Origin: a virus
Lineage: Duplodnaviria > Caudoviricetes
DNA: 43,906 bases
Strand: one strand, 5' to 3'
Virus record (IMG/VR): IMGVR_UViG_3300043443_000097
Coordinates: 1 to 43,906 of that record
The notes below the pieces were generated by a model, which was not told the DNA's origin, searched no databases, and saw only the letters and a list, made by a program, of their open reading frames with translations. Below are positions 7,547-16,560 of the stretch, piece after piece. Within the stretch, counting starts at the first letter, position 1, and each line of letters begins with the position of its first letter. Both the position numbers and the translations under genes were made by a program.

Positions 7547-7704
7547 TGGCTACTAAAAAGCAAACAGCTAAGATTGCCAAGGTGATGGGTGAATATAAGG
7601 ACAAGTCTTTACATTCTGGTAAGGGTGGTAAGGTTGTTACATCCCCTAAGCAAGCCATTGCCATTGCATTGTCTGAAGCCAAAGTGAAGCCTAAGAAGAA
7701 ATGA
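7546..7704 (+). CDS. Small basic protein (KVMGEYK..LHSGKGG..V.SPKQAIAIALSEA), DUF6496-like
   Basis: Manual translation, 52 aa; motif recognised from memory. Confidence 0.8.
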   Translation: MATKKQTAKIAKVMGEYKDKSLHSGKGGKVVTSPKQAIAIALSEAKVKPKKK

Positions 7705-8048
7705 GCAAAGAACCTAAGATTAGAAGTGTGGGTACAAACCTGACAGCAGGTAGTGCTAACACTGTCTACACCTGTCCTGACAACTTCATTGCCAAGATGA
7801 ATTTGTTATTTGTTTCCAATCATGGAGGCAATAACAAGCTTGTAACTATTCAATGGAGTGATGTCAGTGCTGGTGCTAGTTACTACATCGTAGGTGGTTA
7901 TGTCTTATCTGCTAACGGTTATTTAAAGCTTGACGGTAGCTATCTTGTTCTTAATCCCGGAGACACTTTAATAGTAACTCCAGAAGCTGGTAGCACTATG
8001 TCTACCACTGTATCTGTAGAAGAATTTTATGAACAAGGACTATTTTAA
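7701..8048 (+). CDS. Putative beta-sandwich virion protein
   Basis: 115 aa; pattern similar to the 20573..20968 product. Confidence 0.7.
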   Translation: MSKEPKIRSVGTNLTAGSANTVYTCPDNFIAKMNLLFVSNHGGNNKLVTIQWSDVSAGASYYIVGGYVLSANGYLKLDGSYLVLNPGDTLIVTPEAGSTMSTTVSVEEFYEQGLF

Positions 8049-8050
8049 TT

Positions 8051-8419
8051 ATGGCTAAGAGAGAACTAAACGAACAGCAGAAGAAATTCATTGAGGTGTT
8101 ATTTGCTGAGGCTGGTGGTAATCCAGCTAAGGCAAGGCAGCTTGCTGGCTATAGCGAAGGCTATGCTACCAAGGCTATTATGGACACTCTCAAGGAAGAG
8201 GTGATTGAAGCTACACAGCTTTACATTGCTATGAATGCTCCTCGTGCAGCTATGGCTGTTGTTAGTGGCATTGCAGATCCTACAGAGCTTGGCTTGAAAG
8301 AGAAGCTCAATGCTGCTAAGGATTTGTTAGACAGGGCTGGTCTGGTAAAAACAGAGAAGGTTCAGGTGGAGTCTCCATCTGGCATTATGATTTTGCCAGC
8401 CAAAGACAAGAGTGAGTGA
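8051..8419 (+). CDS. terS: Terminase small subunit
   Basis: L.EQQKKF...A..LAGYS HTH pattern and AAKDLLDRAG; lies upstream of terL. Confidence 0.75.
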   Translation: MAKRELNEQQKKFIEVLFAEAGGNPAKARQLAGYSEGYATKAIMDTLKEEVIEATQLYIAMNAPRAAMAVVSGIADPTELGLKEKLNAAKDLLDRAGLVKTEKVQVESPSGIMILPAKDKSE

Positions 8420-8885
8420 GAGAGACTTAGGGGCTTGGATATTGCCCCAACCTAGAGATAAGGAAACATATGTACCCATACCAAAGATTGGTAGAACTAT
8501 ACCTTTTGGTTACCGACAAGATGAAACAGATCCTGACCTCTTGCAGCCAATACCTGCAGAGCTGGAAGCGCTAGAAAAAGCTAAGAAACATCTAAAGCAA
8601 TATCCTTCTAGGCAGGTAGCTGCTTGGTTGACTAAGGTGAGTGGTAGAGAGATTAGTCATGTTGGTCTTTTAAAGAGAATAAAGAGTGAGCGAAAACACG
8701 GATACAAATCCACTACTTACCGCAACCTTGCCCGAAGGCTCCAAAAAGCCCTTGAGCAAGCGCAAAGGTACGAAAAGAGGCTCGGCAAAGAAGACCAAAC
8801 CGGATACTTCGAGTCAGAAAGCTACACCAAGCTTACCCAATATATCGATAGCAAGCTCGGAGGAGACACCGCTACCAATAGCTGA
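8412..8885 (+). CDS. Putative DNA-binding protein (IPFGY...HTH-like)
   Basis: PFGY and S.RQVAAWL...ISHVGL resemble a recombinase-type DNA-binding domain; no catalytic domain seen. Confidence 0.7.
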   Translation: MSERDLGAWILPQPRDKETYVPIPKIGRTIPFGYRQDETDPDLLQPIPAELEALEKAKKHLKQYPSRQVAAWLTKVSGREISHVGLLKRIKSERKHGYKSTTYRNLARRLQKALEQAQRYEKRLGKEDQTGYFESESYTKLTQYIDSKLGGDTATNS

Positions 8886-10284
8886 TGAGAGAGAAGTGTT
8901 GTTTAAGCCCAACCCCGGGCCTCAAACATTCTTCTTAGCATCGTCAGAGAGGGAAGTGTTGTATGGTGGAGCTGCTGGTGGTGGTAAATCATATGCCATG
9001 CTTGCAGATCCGCTTAGGTATATGGTGCATCCACAGTTTTCTGGGTTGCTTTTGCGTCACACGACAGAAGAACTTCGAGAACTTATCTGGAAAAGCCAAG
9101 AGCTTTATCCAAAGATTTACCCCGGCATCAAGTGGAGTGAGAGAAAGATGCAGTGGGAAGCTCCATCAGGGGCAAGACTATGGATGTCTTACCTTGATAG
9201 AGACGAAGATGTGTTGAGATATCAGGGTTTGGCGTTTAGCTGGATTGGTTTTGATGAGTTGACGCAGTGGCATACGCCATTTCCGTGGAACTATATGCGT
9301 TCTCGACTGCGTACAGCAGCTTCAGACCTACCAATCTTCATGAGAGCTACTACCAATCCGGGTGGTCCGGGTCATGCTTGGGTGAAGAAGATGTTTATTG
9401 ACCCTTCTCAGCCCGGTAAAGCCTTCGATGCCACTGATATTGAGAGTGGGACAGTGCTGGTTTACCCTAAAGGACACAGCAAAGAGGGTCAACCACTGTT
9501 TAAGCGTAGGTTTATCCCTGCTATGTTGACGGATAACCCCTATTTGATGCAGACAGGTGACTACGAAACCATGTTGTTGTCCCTTCCTGAGCATCAAAGG
9601 AAGCAACTACTAGAAGGAAATTGGGATATTGCTGAAGGTGCAGCATTTCCTGAGTTTAATAGGCAGATTCATGTCGTGGAACCGTTCCACATACCGAGTA
9701 ATTGGACTAAGTTTAGGGCTTGTGACTATGGATACGGAAGTTATAGTGCTGTGGTGTGGTTTGCTGTGTCTCCAAGTGAGCAATTGGTTATCTATCGTGA
9801 GCTATATGTTAGCAAGGTACTTGCCAAAGACCTCGCTCACATGATATTGAGGGCTGAAGAGAACGATGGTCCTCTTCGGTATGGTGTATTGGACAGTAGT
9901 TGCTGGCATAAGCGTGGTGATACAGGTCCATCACTGGCAGAACAGATGATTGCAGAGGGTTGTAGGTGGAGGCCAGCGGATAGAAGTGCTGGAAGTAGGG
10001 TGTCTGGTAAGAATGAACTGCATAGAAGGTTACAGCTTGACCCCTTTACAGAACAACCAAGACTCGTTATAACAAGCAACTGTGTAAACACGATTGCTCA
10101 GCTACCCATCATACCTTTGGACAAAAAGAACCCAGAGGATATTGATACTAAAGCTGAAGATCACTTATACGATGCTATTCGTTATGGTGTGATGAGCAGA
10201 CCTAGAAGTAGTTTGTTCGATTACAATCCATTAAATTCTGCTGGCTCTGGGATGAGGATGGCAGATCCCACATTTGGGTATTAA
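8686..10284 (+). CDS. terL: Terminase large subunit
   Basis: Walker A GGAAGGGKS, Walker B IGFDE, ATTNPGG, nuclease DYG and DHLYDAIRY; start codon uncertain. Confidence 0.95.
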   Translation: MSENTDTNPLLTATLPEGSKKPLSKRKGTKRGSAKKTKPDTSSQKATPSLPNISIASSEETPLPIADEREVLFKPNPGPQTFFLASSEREVLYGGAAGGGKSYAMLADPLRYMVHPQFSGLLLRHTTEELRELIWKSQELYPKIYPGIKWSERKMQWEAPSGARLWMSYLDRDEDVLRYQGLAFSWIGFDELTQWHTPFPWNYMRSRLRTAASDLPIFMRATTNPGGPGHAWVKKMFIDPSQPGKAFDATDIESGTVLVYPKGHSKEGQPLFKRRFIPAMLTDNPYLMQTGDYETMLLSLPEHQRKQLLEGNWDIAEGAAFPEFNRQIHVVEPFHIPSNWTKFRACDYGYGSYSAVVWFAVSPSEQLVIYRELYVSKVLAKDLAHMILRAEENDGPLRYGVLDSSCWHKRGDTGPSLAEQMIAEGCRWRPADRSAGSRVSGKNELHRRLQLDPFTEQPRLVITSNCVNTIAQLPIIPLDKKNPEDIDTKAEDHLYDAIRYGVMSRPRSSLFDYNPLNSAGSGMRMADPTFGY

Positions 10285-10293
10285 AGGGTATTT

Positions 10294-12384
10294 ATGGCGA
10301 CAAATAATTTTATGGATGACAAGTCCATTGGTTTAGAAGACAAGAAAGAGAATGAGGCTGCACCATTCAGTGGTGATAGCCTTTTAGTTTTTCTAAACGA
10401 AAGATATACAAAAGCTGAAGAGAGCCGTAGACAAGACGAACAGCGTTGGCTTAAGGCATATAGAAACTATCGTGGTATTTATGGACCTGAAGTTAAATTC
10501 ACTGAGACAGAAAAGTCTCGTGTGTTCATTAAGGTTACAAAGACCAAGGTGCTTGCAGCATATGGACAAATCACTGATGTGTTATTTGCCAATAACAAGT
10601 TTCCTCTCAGTGTAGACCCCACTGTCTTACCTGATGGTGTAGTTGATTCAGTACACATCGATCCTAAAGCACCAGAAGGTGCAGAAGCAGAGATTGCTTC
10701 ACCCTTTGGTTATAAAGGTGATGGCAAAGATCTACCTCCCGGTGCTACCTTAACATCTTTGATGGATCGTCTTGGTCCATTGAAGGATCAGCTTAAAGAT
10801 ACAGAGAACTTAAAAGAAGGGCCGGGTGTTACACCTACCTCCATCACATTCCATCCTGCAATGGTTGCAGCTAAGAAGATGGAGAAGAAGATTCATGACC
10901 AGTTAGATGAGAGTGGTGCTAATAAGCATCTTCGTTCCACTGCCTTTGAGATGGCTCTGTTTGGTACAGGCATCATGAAGGGTCCATTTGCTAAGACCAA
11001 AGAATATCCTAGCTGGGATGAAGATGGTACTTACAAGCCTGAGATGAAGACAGTACCAGAAACATCACATGTGTCTCTCTGGAACTTCTATCCAGATCCT
11101 GATGGCTCTAACATGGAAGAAGTTCAATATATTATTGAACGTCACAAGCTAAGTGCTACACAACTTAGAGCTTTGAAGAATCGTCCTCACTTCAGAGCTA
11201 ATGTCATTGAAGAAGTTATTGGCATGGGTTCTTCCTATGTTAAGAAGTATTGGGAAGATGACTTAAGAGACTATGCTCCCAACTTGGGACTAGATAGATT
11301 TGAAGTGTTGGAATATTGGGGCAATGTAGATATTGAATTGCTCAAAGAAAACGACATTGTTATTCCTGATGCTTTGTTGGAAGCTAAGGAGTTGCAAGCC
11401 AATGTGTGGTTCTGCAACGGTAAAGTGATTCGTTTAGTATTGAATCCGTTTAAGCCAGCCAACATTCCGTACTATGCCGCTCCTTGCGAATTAAACCCCT
11501 ACTCTCTATTTGGCATTGGTGTTGCCGAAAACATGGACGACACCCAGACCCTCATGAATGGTTTTATGCGTATGGCAGTGGACAATGCGGTGTTGTCTGG
11601 CAACCTTGTATTCGAGGTGGATGAAACCAACCTCGTTCCCGGTCAAGACATGTCTGTCTATCCGGGTAAAGTGTTTAGAAGGCAGGGTGGTGCTCCCGGT
11701 CAAAGCTTGTTTGGAACTAAGTTTCCTAACGTAGCTGCTGAGAACCTACAACTGTTTGATAAAGCACGACAGCTTGCTGATGAATCAACAGGCATGCCTT
11801 CATTTGCACATGGTCAAACTGGTGTGAGTGGTGTAGGTAGAACAGCCTCTGGCATTTCTATGTTGATGAATGCTGCTTCTGGCAGTGTTAAAACCATCAT
11901 TAAGAATGTGGATGATTATTTGTTAGCTCCTCTGGGTAAAGCTTTCTTCAGCTTCAACATGCAATTTGACTTTGATAAATCTATCAAGGGAGACTTGGAA
12001 GTTACAGCCAGAGGTACAGAGAGCTTGATGGCTAATGAGGTGAGAAGCCAACGCTTGATGCAGTTCTTGCAAATTGCAAGTTCTCCAGCATTGATGCCGT
12101 TTGCTAAGTTCCCTTACATCATTCGTGAGATTGCTAAGAGTATGGACTTAGATCCAGACAAGGTGACTAACAACATGGAAGAAGCTATGCGTCAAGCTTT
12201 GCTGATGCAACAAGCTACAGCCCCAGCAGAGGGTGCTCCTCCTGTTGGTGGTCCAGAAGGTGGTCCTCCTCCAGTGGCTGATATGACTGGTGGAGGTGGT
12301 GGAAATATTGGCGTTGGTGCTGCACCAGTGCCGGGTGAACAAGGATTTGCTGGTAATGTCCAAGCCGTACCTCCCCAAGCTTAA
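10294..12384 (+). CDS. Portal protein
   Basis: 696 aa directly after terL; MALFGTGIMKGP and GIGVAENM motifs; low-complexity tail. Confidence 0.9.
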   Translation: MATNNFMDDKSIGLEDKKENEAAPFSGDSLLVFLNERYTKAEESRRQDEQRWLKAYRNYRGIYGPEVKFTETEKSRVFIKVTKTKVLAAYGQITDVLFANNKFPLSVDPTVLPDGVVDSVHIDPKAPEGAEAEIASPFGYKGDGKDLPPGATLTSLMDRLGPLKDQLKDTENLKEGPGVTPTSITFHPAMVAAKKMEKKIHDQLDESGANKHLRSTAFEMALFGTGIMKGPFAKTKEYPSWDEDGTYKPEMKTVPETSHVSLWNFYPDPDGSNMEEVQYIIERHKLSATQLRALKNRPHFRANVIEEVIGMGSSYVKKYWEDDLRDYAPNLGLDRFEVLEYWGNVDIELLKENDIVIPDALLEAKELQANVWFCNGKVIRLVLNPFKPANIPYYAAPCELNPYSLFGIGVAENMDDTQTLMNGFMRMAVDNAVLSGNLVFEVDETNLVPGQDMSVYPGKVFRRQGGAPGQSLFGTKFPNVAAENLQLFDKARQLADESTGMPSFAHGQTGVSGVGRTASGISMLMNAASGSVKTIIKNVDDYLLAPLGKAFFSFNMQFDFDKSIKGDLEVTARGTESLMANEVRSQRLMQFLQIASSPALMPFAKFPYIIREIAKSMDLDPDKVTNNMEEAMRQALLMQQATAPAEGAPPVGGPEGGPPPVADMTGGGGGNIGVGAAPVPGEQGFAGNVQAVPPQA

Positions 12385-12568
12385 AGGCTTTGTAAACACT
12401 CATGTGACATGGGATGCGTTCCAAGAGTTGCTTGATGCAGAAATTGCAAACAAGCAAAAAGACTTGGAGCAAGCTTCAGATATGCGTGAGATTGGAAAGG
12501 CTCAAGGAGCCATTGCTGCTTTACGCAGATTGAAATATCTTAAGGATGAAGTTAATGTACACAAATGA
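12356..12568 (+). CDS. Small post-portal protein (…QGAIAALRRLKYLKDEV)
   Basis: Start reassigned to the ATG at 12356; typical small helical gene after the portal. Confidence 0.75.
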   Translation: MSKPYLPKLKGFVNTHVTWDAFQELLDAEIANKQKDLEQASDMREIGKAQGAIAALRRLKYLKDEVNVHK

Positions 12569-13751
12569 TACAGAGAGATTGTTTGCTGAAGGCGGCATGA
12601 ATGACCAAGGTGGCACAGTAGATCCTGTGTCAGGTAATGAAGTTCCTCCCGGTTCTTTGCAGAACGAAGTGAGAGATGACATTGATGCTAAGCTCAGTGA
12701 GGGCGAGTTTGTTATTCCTGCTGATGTTGTTAGATACATTGGTCTTGAGAGATTGATGAAGCTTCGTGATGAAGCTAAGCAGGGCTTGTCACGCATGGCA
12801 GAGATTGGTCAGATGGGTAATGCTGATCAAGTAGAAAACCCAGAAGCTTTGCATGAAGGTGATGAAGGCTTTGAATCTGAGATTGATGACATCATCCAAG
12901 AGGTTGATGCTGAATCAATGGGAGAGAAGAAGTTTGCTGCTGGTGGTTTTGCTGAACCCGGTACAGACTACTTATCTAAATATGGCATTCCAAAAACATC
13001 ATTAACAAATCCAGCTTTGGATGTTAGAGCTTATAAGAATAAAGATGGTAGAGTGATGTATATCACTTTCTTCAATGGTAAACCTTCTGTTGAAATTCCT
13101 TCTGGGTATGAGTATGTCAGTTCTGCTGGTCAACTATTAGCTGAGACAAAAACAGAAACTACTAAAACTACAACGCCTGTAACTAATACAAGTGATGCTT
13201 ATGGCGGTGGCGGTGGTGACGGTGGCTCAGGAGTAGAATCAGGAGCTGATGTAGGGGTTTCTAGTTTTGGTGGTACAGCCCTTGGTAACTCAGCAATTGG
13301 TGTTGCCATTGGTATGATGGCTAATGCTCTTGATTCTATGTCTTCAACCACTGTTGGTAATGTTGATGTAACTGATATGGGACCATCAGCCGATGCTGCT
13401 TCTGCTGCCGCTGCCGATGCTGCTGCCGCTGCTGCTGATGCTGCTGATGGTGGTCTAGGAACTACGGCTGGTTCTGGTAATGATGGTGGTGATGACGGTG
13501 CTGGAGAAGGAAGCTCTGGAACTACTGGCGCATCTAGCGATAGTAGTAGTGACAGTGGTAGCGATAGCGGTAGTGATAGTGGTAGTGATAGTGGTAGTGA
13601 TGGTGGTGGTGACGGAGGCGGTGATGGTGGTGGAGATGGTGGCGGTGATGGTGGAGGCGATGGTGGTGGTTTTGCCAAGGGTGGTCTAGTTTCTAAGCGT
13701 ACCAAAAAACCAACACCTGCTCGTAAAAAAGGCATTGCCTCTAAAAGATAA
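12546..13751 (+). CDS. Head-module protein with GEFV domain, three FAxGG motifs and an acidic G/D/S repeat tail
   Basis: FAEGG...DDIDAKLSEGEFVIPADVVRYIG...FAAGG...FAKGG; start may be the ATG at 12555. Confidence 0.8.
   Translation: MKLMYTNDTERLFAEGGMNDQGGTVDPVSGNEVPPGSLQNEVRDDIDAKLSEGEFVIPADVVRYIGLERLMKLRDEAKQGLSRMAEIGQMGNADQVENPEALHEGDEGFESEIDDIIQEVDAESMGEKKFAAGGFAEPGTDYLSKYGIPKTSLTNPALDVRAYKNKDGRVMYITFFNGKPSVEIPSGYEYVSSAGQLLAETKTETTKTTTPVTNTSDAYGGGGGDGGSGVESGADVGVSSFGGTALGNSAIGVAIGMMANALDSMSSTTVGNVDVTDMGPSADAASAAAADAAAAAADAADGGLGTTAGSGNDGGDDGAGEGSSGTTGASSDSSSDSGSDSGSDSGSDSGSDGGGDGGGDGGGDGGGDGGGDGGGFAKGGLVSKRTKKPTPARKKGIASKR
13535..13670 (+). repeat. 12-bp coding tandem repeats (SDSG, then GDGG)
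   Basis: gatagtggtagt and gatggtggcggt-type units. Confidence 0.85.
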
Positions 13752-13875
13752 TACTATATAATTAGAATACTCAAGCCAGAGGTGGGCTGGTGAGTATCAA
13801 CAATTTCCCACCATCATTGGCTACCTATCTCCCTGTATTGACAGCTACAGTTAGCCCCAACTTAAAAGGTAATTT

Positions 13876-14742
13876 ATGACAGAAGCGGTTATTAACCAGC
13901 AAAGCCAAGCTCAGGCTTTTTCTCCCTTTGGTAAGCGTAATGCTAACAAAGATCGTATTGAACAAGAAGAAGCAGAGCTTAAAAAACTAACTGAAGATAA
14001 GAACAATCCACCACAAGATCCACAAGACAATGGTGATGATAGTAACTTAAGCGCAGAAGAGAAAAGCTTTAAGAAGCGTTACGGAGATCTGCGTAGACAT
14101 TCTCAGCAACAACAAGTAGCTTTGCAAAAGCAAATTGATGAACTTCGTTCACAGCTACAGAGCAGCACAGAGAAGCAGATTAAGCTTCCTAAGAGTGAAG
14201 AAGAGTTGAATGAGTGGGCTAAGACCTATCCTGATGTTGCAAAGATTGTTGAAACCATTGCAATTAAAAAGGCTAAGGAACAAACCCAAGCATTGGATGA
14301 GAGATTCAAACAGCTAGATGAGCGTGAGCATCAGACAGCTAAAGAGAAAGCAGAAGCTGAATTGATGCGTCTGCACCCAGACTTTGACTCCATCCGTGAT
14401 GATGATGATTTCCACAACTGGGTTGAAGAACAACCTAAGTGGGTACAAGATGCTTTGTATGATAATGAGAATGATGCAAGAGCTGCTGCTCGTGCTATCG
14501 ATCTTTACAAAGCTGATAAAGGTATTAAGGCTAAGAAACCTACTACAGATAAGAGTGCTGCTGAGAGTGTTAACACTCGTGGTAGTCGTTCTGCCCCTAC
14601 AGGTGAAAGCAAAGATGGTGTCTTTTATGAGTCACAGGTAAATAAAATGTCTACCTTTGAATACGAAAAGAACCAAGAAGCGATTGCTAAAGCATTACAA
14701 TCAGGTAAGTTTGTATACGATATTAGCGGAAACGCTCGTTAA
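13876..14742 (+). CDS. Capsid scaffolding protein
   Basis: Coiled-coil, acidic, FKKRYGDLRRH and HPDF motifs; immediately upstream of the major capsid gene. Confidence 0.85.
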   Translation: MTEAVINQQSQAQAFSPFGKRNANKDRIEQEEAELKKLTEDKNNPPQDPQDNGDDSNLSAEEKSFKKRYGDLRRHSQQQQVALQKQIDELRSQLQSSTEKQIKLPKSEEELNEWAKTYPDVAKIVETIAIKKAKEQTQALDERFKQLDEREHQTAKEKAEAELMRLHPDFDSIRDDDDFHNWVEEQPKWVQDALYDNENDARAAARAIDLYKADKGIKAKKPTTDKSAAESVNTRGSRSAPTGESKDGVFYESQVNKMSTFEYEKNQEAIAKALQSGKFVYDISGNAR

Positions 14743-14745
14743 GTA

Positions 14746-14774
14746 TTGACAAACCTGAAACAACTGGTATAACT
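14746..14774 (+). promoter_or_regulatory. Promoter for the capsid gene
   Basis: TTGACA-N16-TATAACT. Confidence 0.7.
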
Positions 14775-15013
14775 TTAAGCAGGACTAGGTATCTGGTCCT
14801 GCGTCTATAGGCCGTATCATACTAGTTACACTACCCTATAGATGAGTTACTCGTCACGCAAAACAATAAACTGTCAGAACAACCTGAAGTTTGTTGGCCT
14901 GTATAGACAAGCGGAGGCATCCCTGTTCTGTACACACCCATCAAATACAGCCTCTGTGGTGATGTTGAGCGTATTTAATTATATGCCTAACACATATCTA
15001 GGAGGATATTAAA

Positions 15014-16084
15014 ATGGCTTTTCCAAGTGCTGCAGGTTACGGCAATTTACCTAATGGTAATTTTAGCCCCGTAATCTATTCTAAGCAAGTACAACTTGCA
15101 TTCCGTAAAGCGTCTACTGTTGAAGACATCACCAACAACGATTACTTTGGTGAGATCGCTAACATGGGCGACAGTGTCAAAATCATTAAAGAACCTGAAG
15201 TGTCTGTCCAGAGCTATGCTCGTGGTACACAGATCACTGCTCAAGATCTGAATGATGAAGACTTCACCTTGGTTGTTGACCAAGCTAACTACTACGCTTT
15301 CAAGATTGATGACATCGAAGCTGCTCACTCACATGTGAACTTCATGCAGATGGCTTCTGATCGTGCAGCGTATCGTTTGCGTGATCAGTATGACCAAGAT
15401 GTCTTGGGTTACTTGACTGGCTTCCAACAGTCTGCTAAGCATGCAAATGCTGACACAGCTCGTACTACAGCTTCCGGTACTAAAGCAGTTTCTGCTGCTG
15501 GTTCTGATGAGTTGTTGGCTTCTATGAAGCTGAAAAAAGGTAGCTTCGGTAACATCACTACAGCTTCTGCTGGTGACCACTCCATTCCTTTGGCTCCCCG
15601 TCTGCCCGGTGCTACAGCACTGCCTACAGATGTGGCATCTCCATTGATGGTGGTTGCTCGTATGGGCCGCTTGTTGGATCAGCAGTTTGTTGATTCCGCT
15701 GGTCGCTGGTTGGTGGTTGACCCTGTGTTCATCGAAATGTTGAAGGACGAAGACAGCCGTTTGTTGAACGGTGACTTTGGTGGTTCTGGTTTGCAGAACG
15801 GCTTGGTCATCAACAACTTGCATGGCTTCCGTATCTATGTTTCTAACAACCTGCCAAAAATTGGTACTGGTCCCGGCACTTCTGGTGCTGCTAACCAGAA
15901 CTCCAACTATGGTGTGATTGTTGGTGGTCATGACTCTGCTGTTGCAACTGCTCAGCAAATCACTAAGACCGAAACATATCGTGATCCCGACAGCTTCGCT
16001 GACATCGTGCGTGGTATGCACTTGTATGGTCGCAAAATCTTGCGTCCTGAAGGCATCGTCACTGCTAAATACAACGCTGCTTAA
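15014..16084 (+). CDS. Major capsid protein
   Basis: F.P.IYSK, GEI...GDSVKI and D.VRG.HLYG.K.LRPE motifs; strong RBS AGGAGG; high-expression codon bias. Confidence 0.93.
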   Translation: MAFPSAAGYGNLPNGNFSPVIYSKQVQLAFRKASTVEDITNNDYFGEIANMGDSVKIIKEPEVSVQSYARGTQITAQDLNDEDFTLVVDQANYYAFKIDDIEAAHSHVNFMQMASDRAAYRLRDQYDQDVLGYLTGFQQSAKHANADTARTTASGTKAVSAAGSDELLASMKLKKGSFGNITTASAGDHSIPLAPRLPGATALPTDVASPLMVVARMGRLLDQQFVDSAGRWLVVDPVFIEMLKDEDSRLLNGDFGGSGLQNGLVINNLHGFRIYVSNNLPKIGTGPGTSGAANQNSNYGVIVGGHDSAVATAQQITKTETYRDPDSFADIVRGMHLYGRKILRPEGIVTAKYNAA

Positions 16085-16095
16085 GGAGAACATAC

Positions 16096-16503
16096 ATGTC
16101 TATCGTTCAATCTATCCGTCCTCAACCAATCCTTCTTGAGAAAGAAGTGACATTGGCTGCTACCTCCGGTACTACCGTTGGTATCTCTGTACCTGCTGGC
16201 ACTTATGTGTTGTTGGCTGGCTTCCAAAACTATACTGCAGTGCCTGATGTCACTACATATACTTTGGACGTTACCGATGGTACTACTGTGTTCTCTAATG
16301 ACTTGAACTTCGATAACACTGCTGCAATGACAATCAAGGCTGGCACTACTGCTGGTTTGATTTCTGCTGCTGACACTATCGATGTGGTCACCACTATCTC
16401 TGGTAGCCCCGGTGCTATCTCTGGTCGTGTGTGGGCTTTGGTCATTGACTTGAACCAAGGTACTCGCACCGCTGCTTCAGTGGACCGTGAGCAACTGGCT
16501 TAA
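16096..16503 (+). CDS. Putative capsid decoration or minor head protein
   Basis: 135 aa, beta-rich, between the capsid gene and a terminator. Confidence 0.65.
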   Translation: MSIVQSIRPQPILLEKEVTLAATSGTTVGISVPAGTYVLLAGFQNYTAVPDVTTYTLDVTDGTTVFSNDLNFDNTAAMTIKAGTTAGLISAADTIDVVTTISGSPGAISGRVWALVIDLNQGTRTAASVDREQLA

Positions 16504-16518
16504 TAGCTAGTTGATGCA

Positions 16519-16546
16519 GGGAGGGGCGTAACTGCCTCTCCCTTTT
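16519..16546 (+). terminator. Rho-independent terminator
   Basis: gggaggggc-gtaact-gcctctccc followed by tttt. Confidence 0.85.
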
Positions 16547-16560
16547 ATTGTTTAAAAAAT

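Noticed and set aside
8412-8885. Serine integrase implying lysogeny
   Set aside because: Too short, with no catalytic YxRxS domain; no repressor or att site seen.
13535-13670. Possible CRISPR-like array
   Set aside because: In-frame 12-bp coding repeats with no spacers; no cas genes.
13199-13735. Pro-rich antisense ORF
   Set aside because: Mirror image of the Gly/Asp codon repeats on the plus strand.
15329-16093. 254-aa antisense ORF over the capsid gene
   Set aside because: Shadow of the strongly biased capsid codons; no RBS or recognisable motif.
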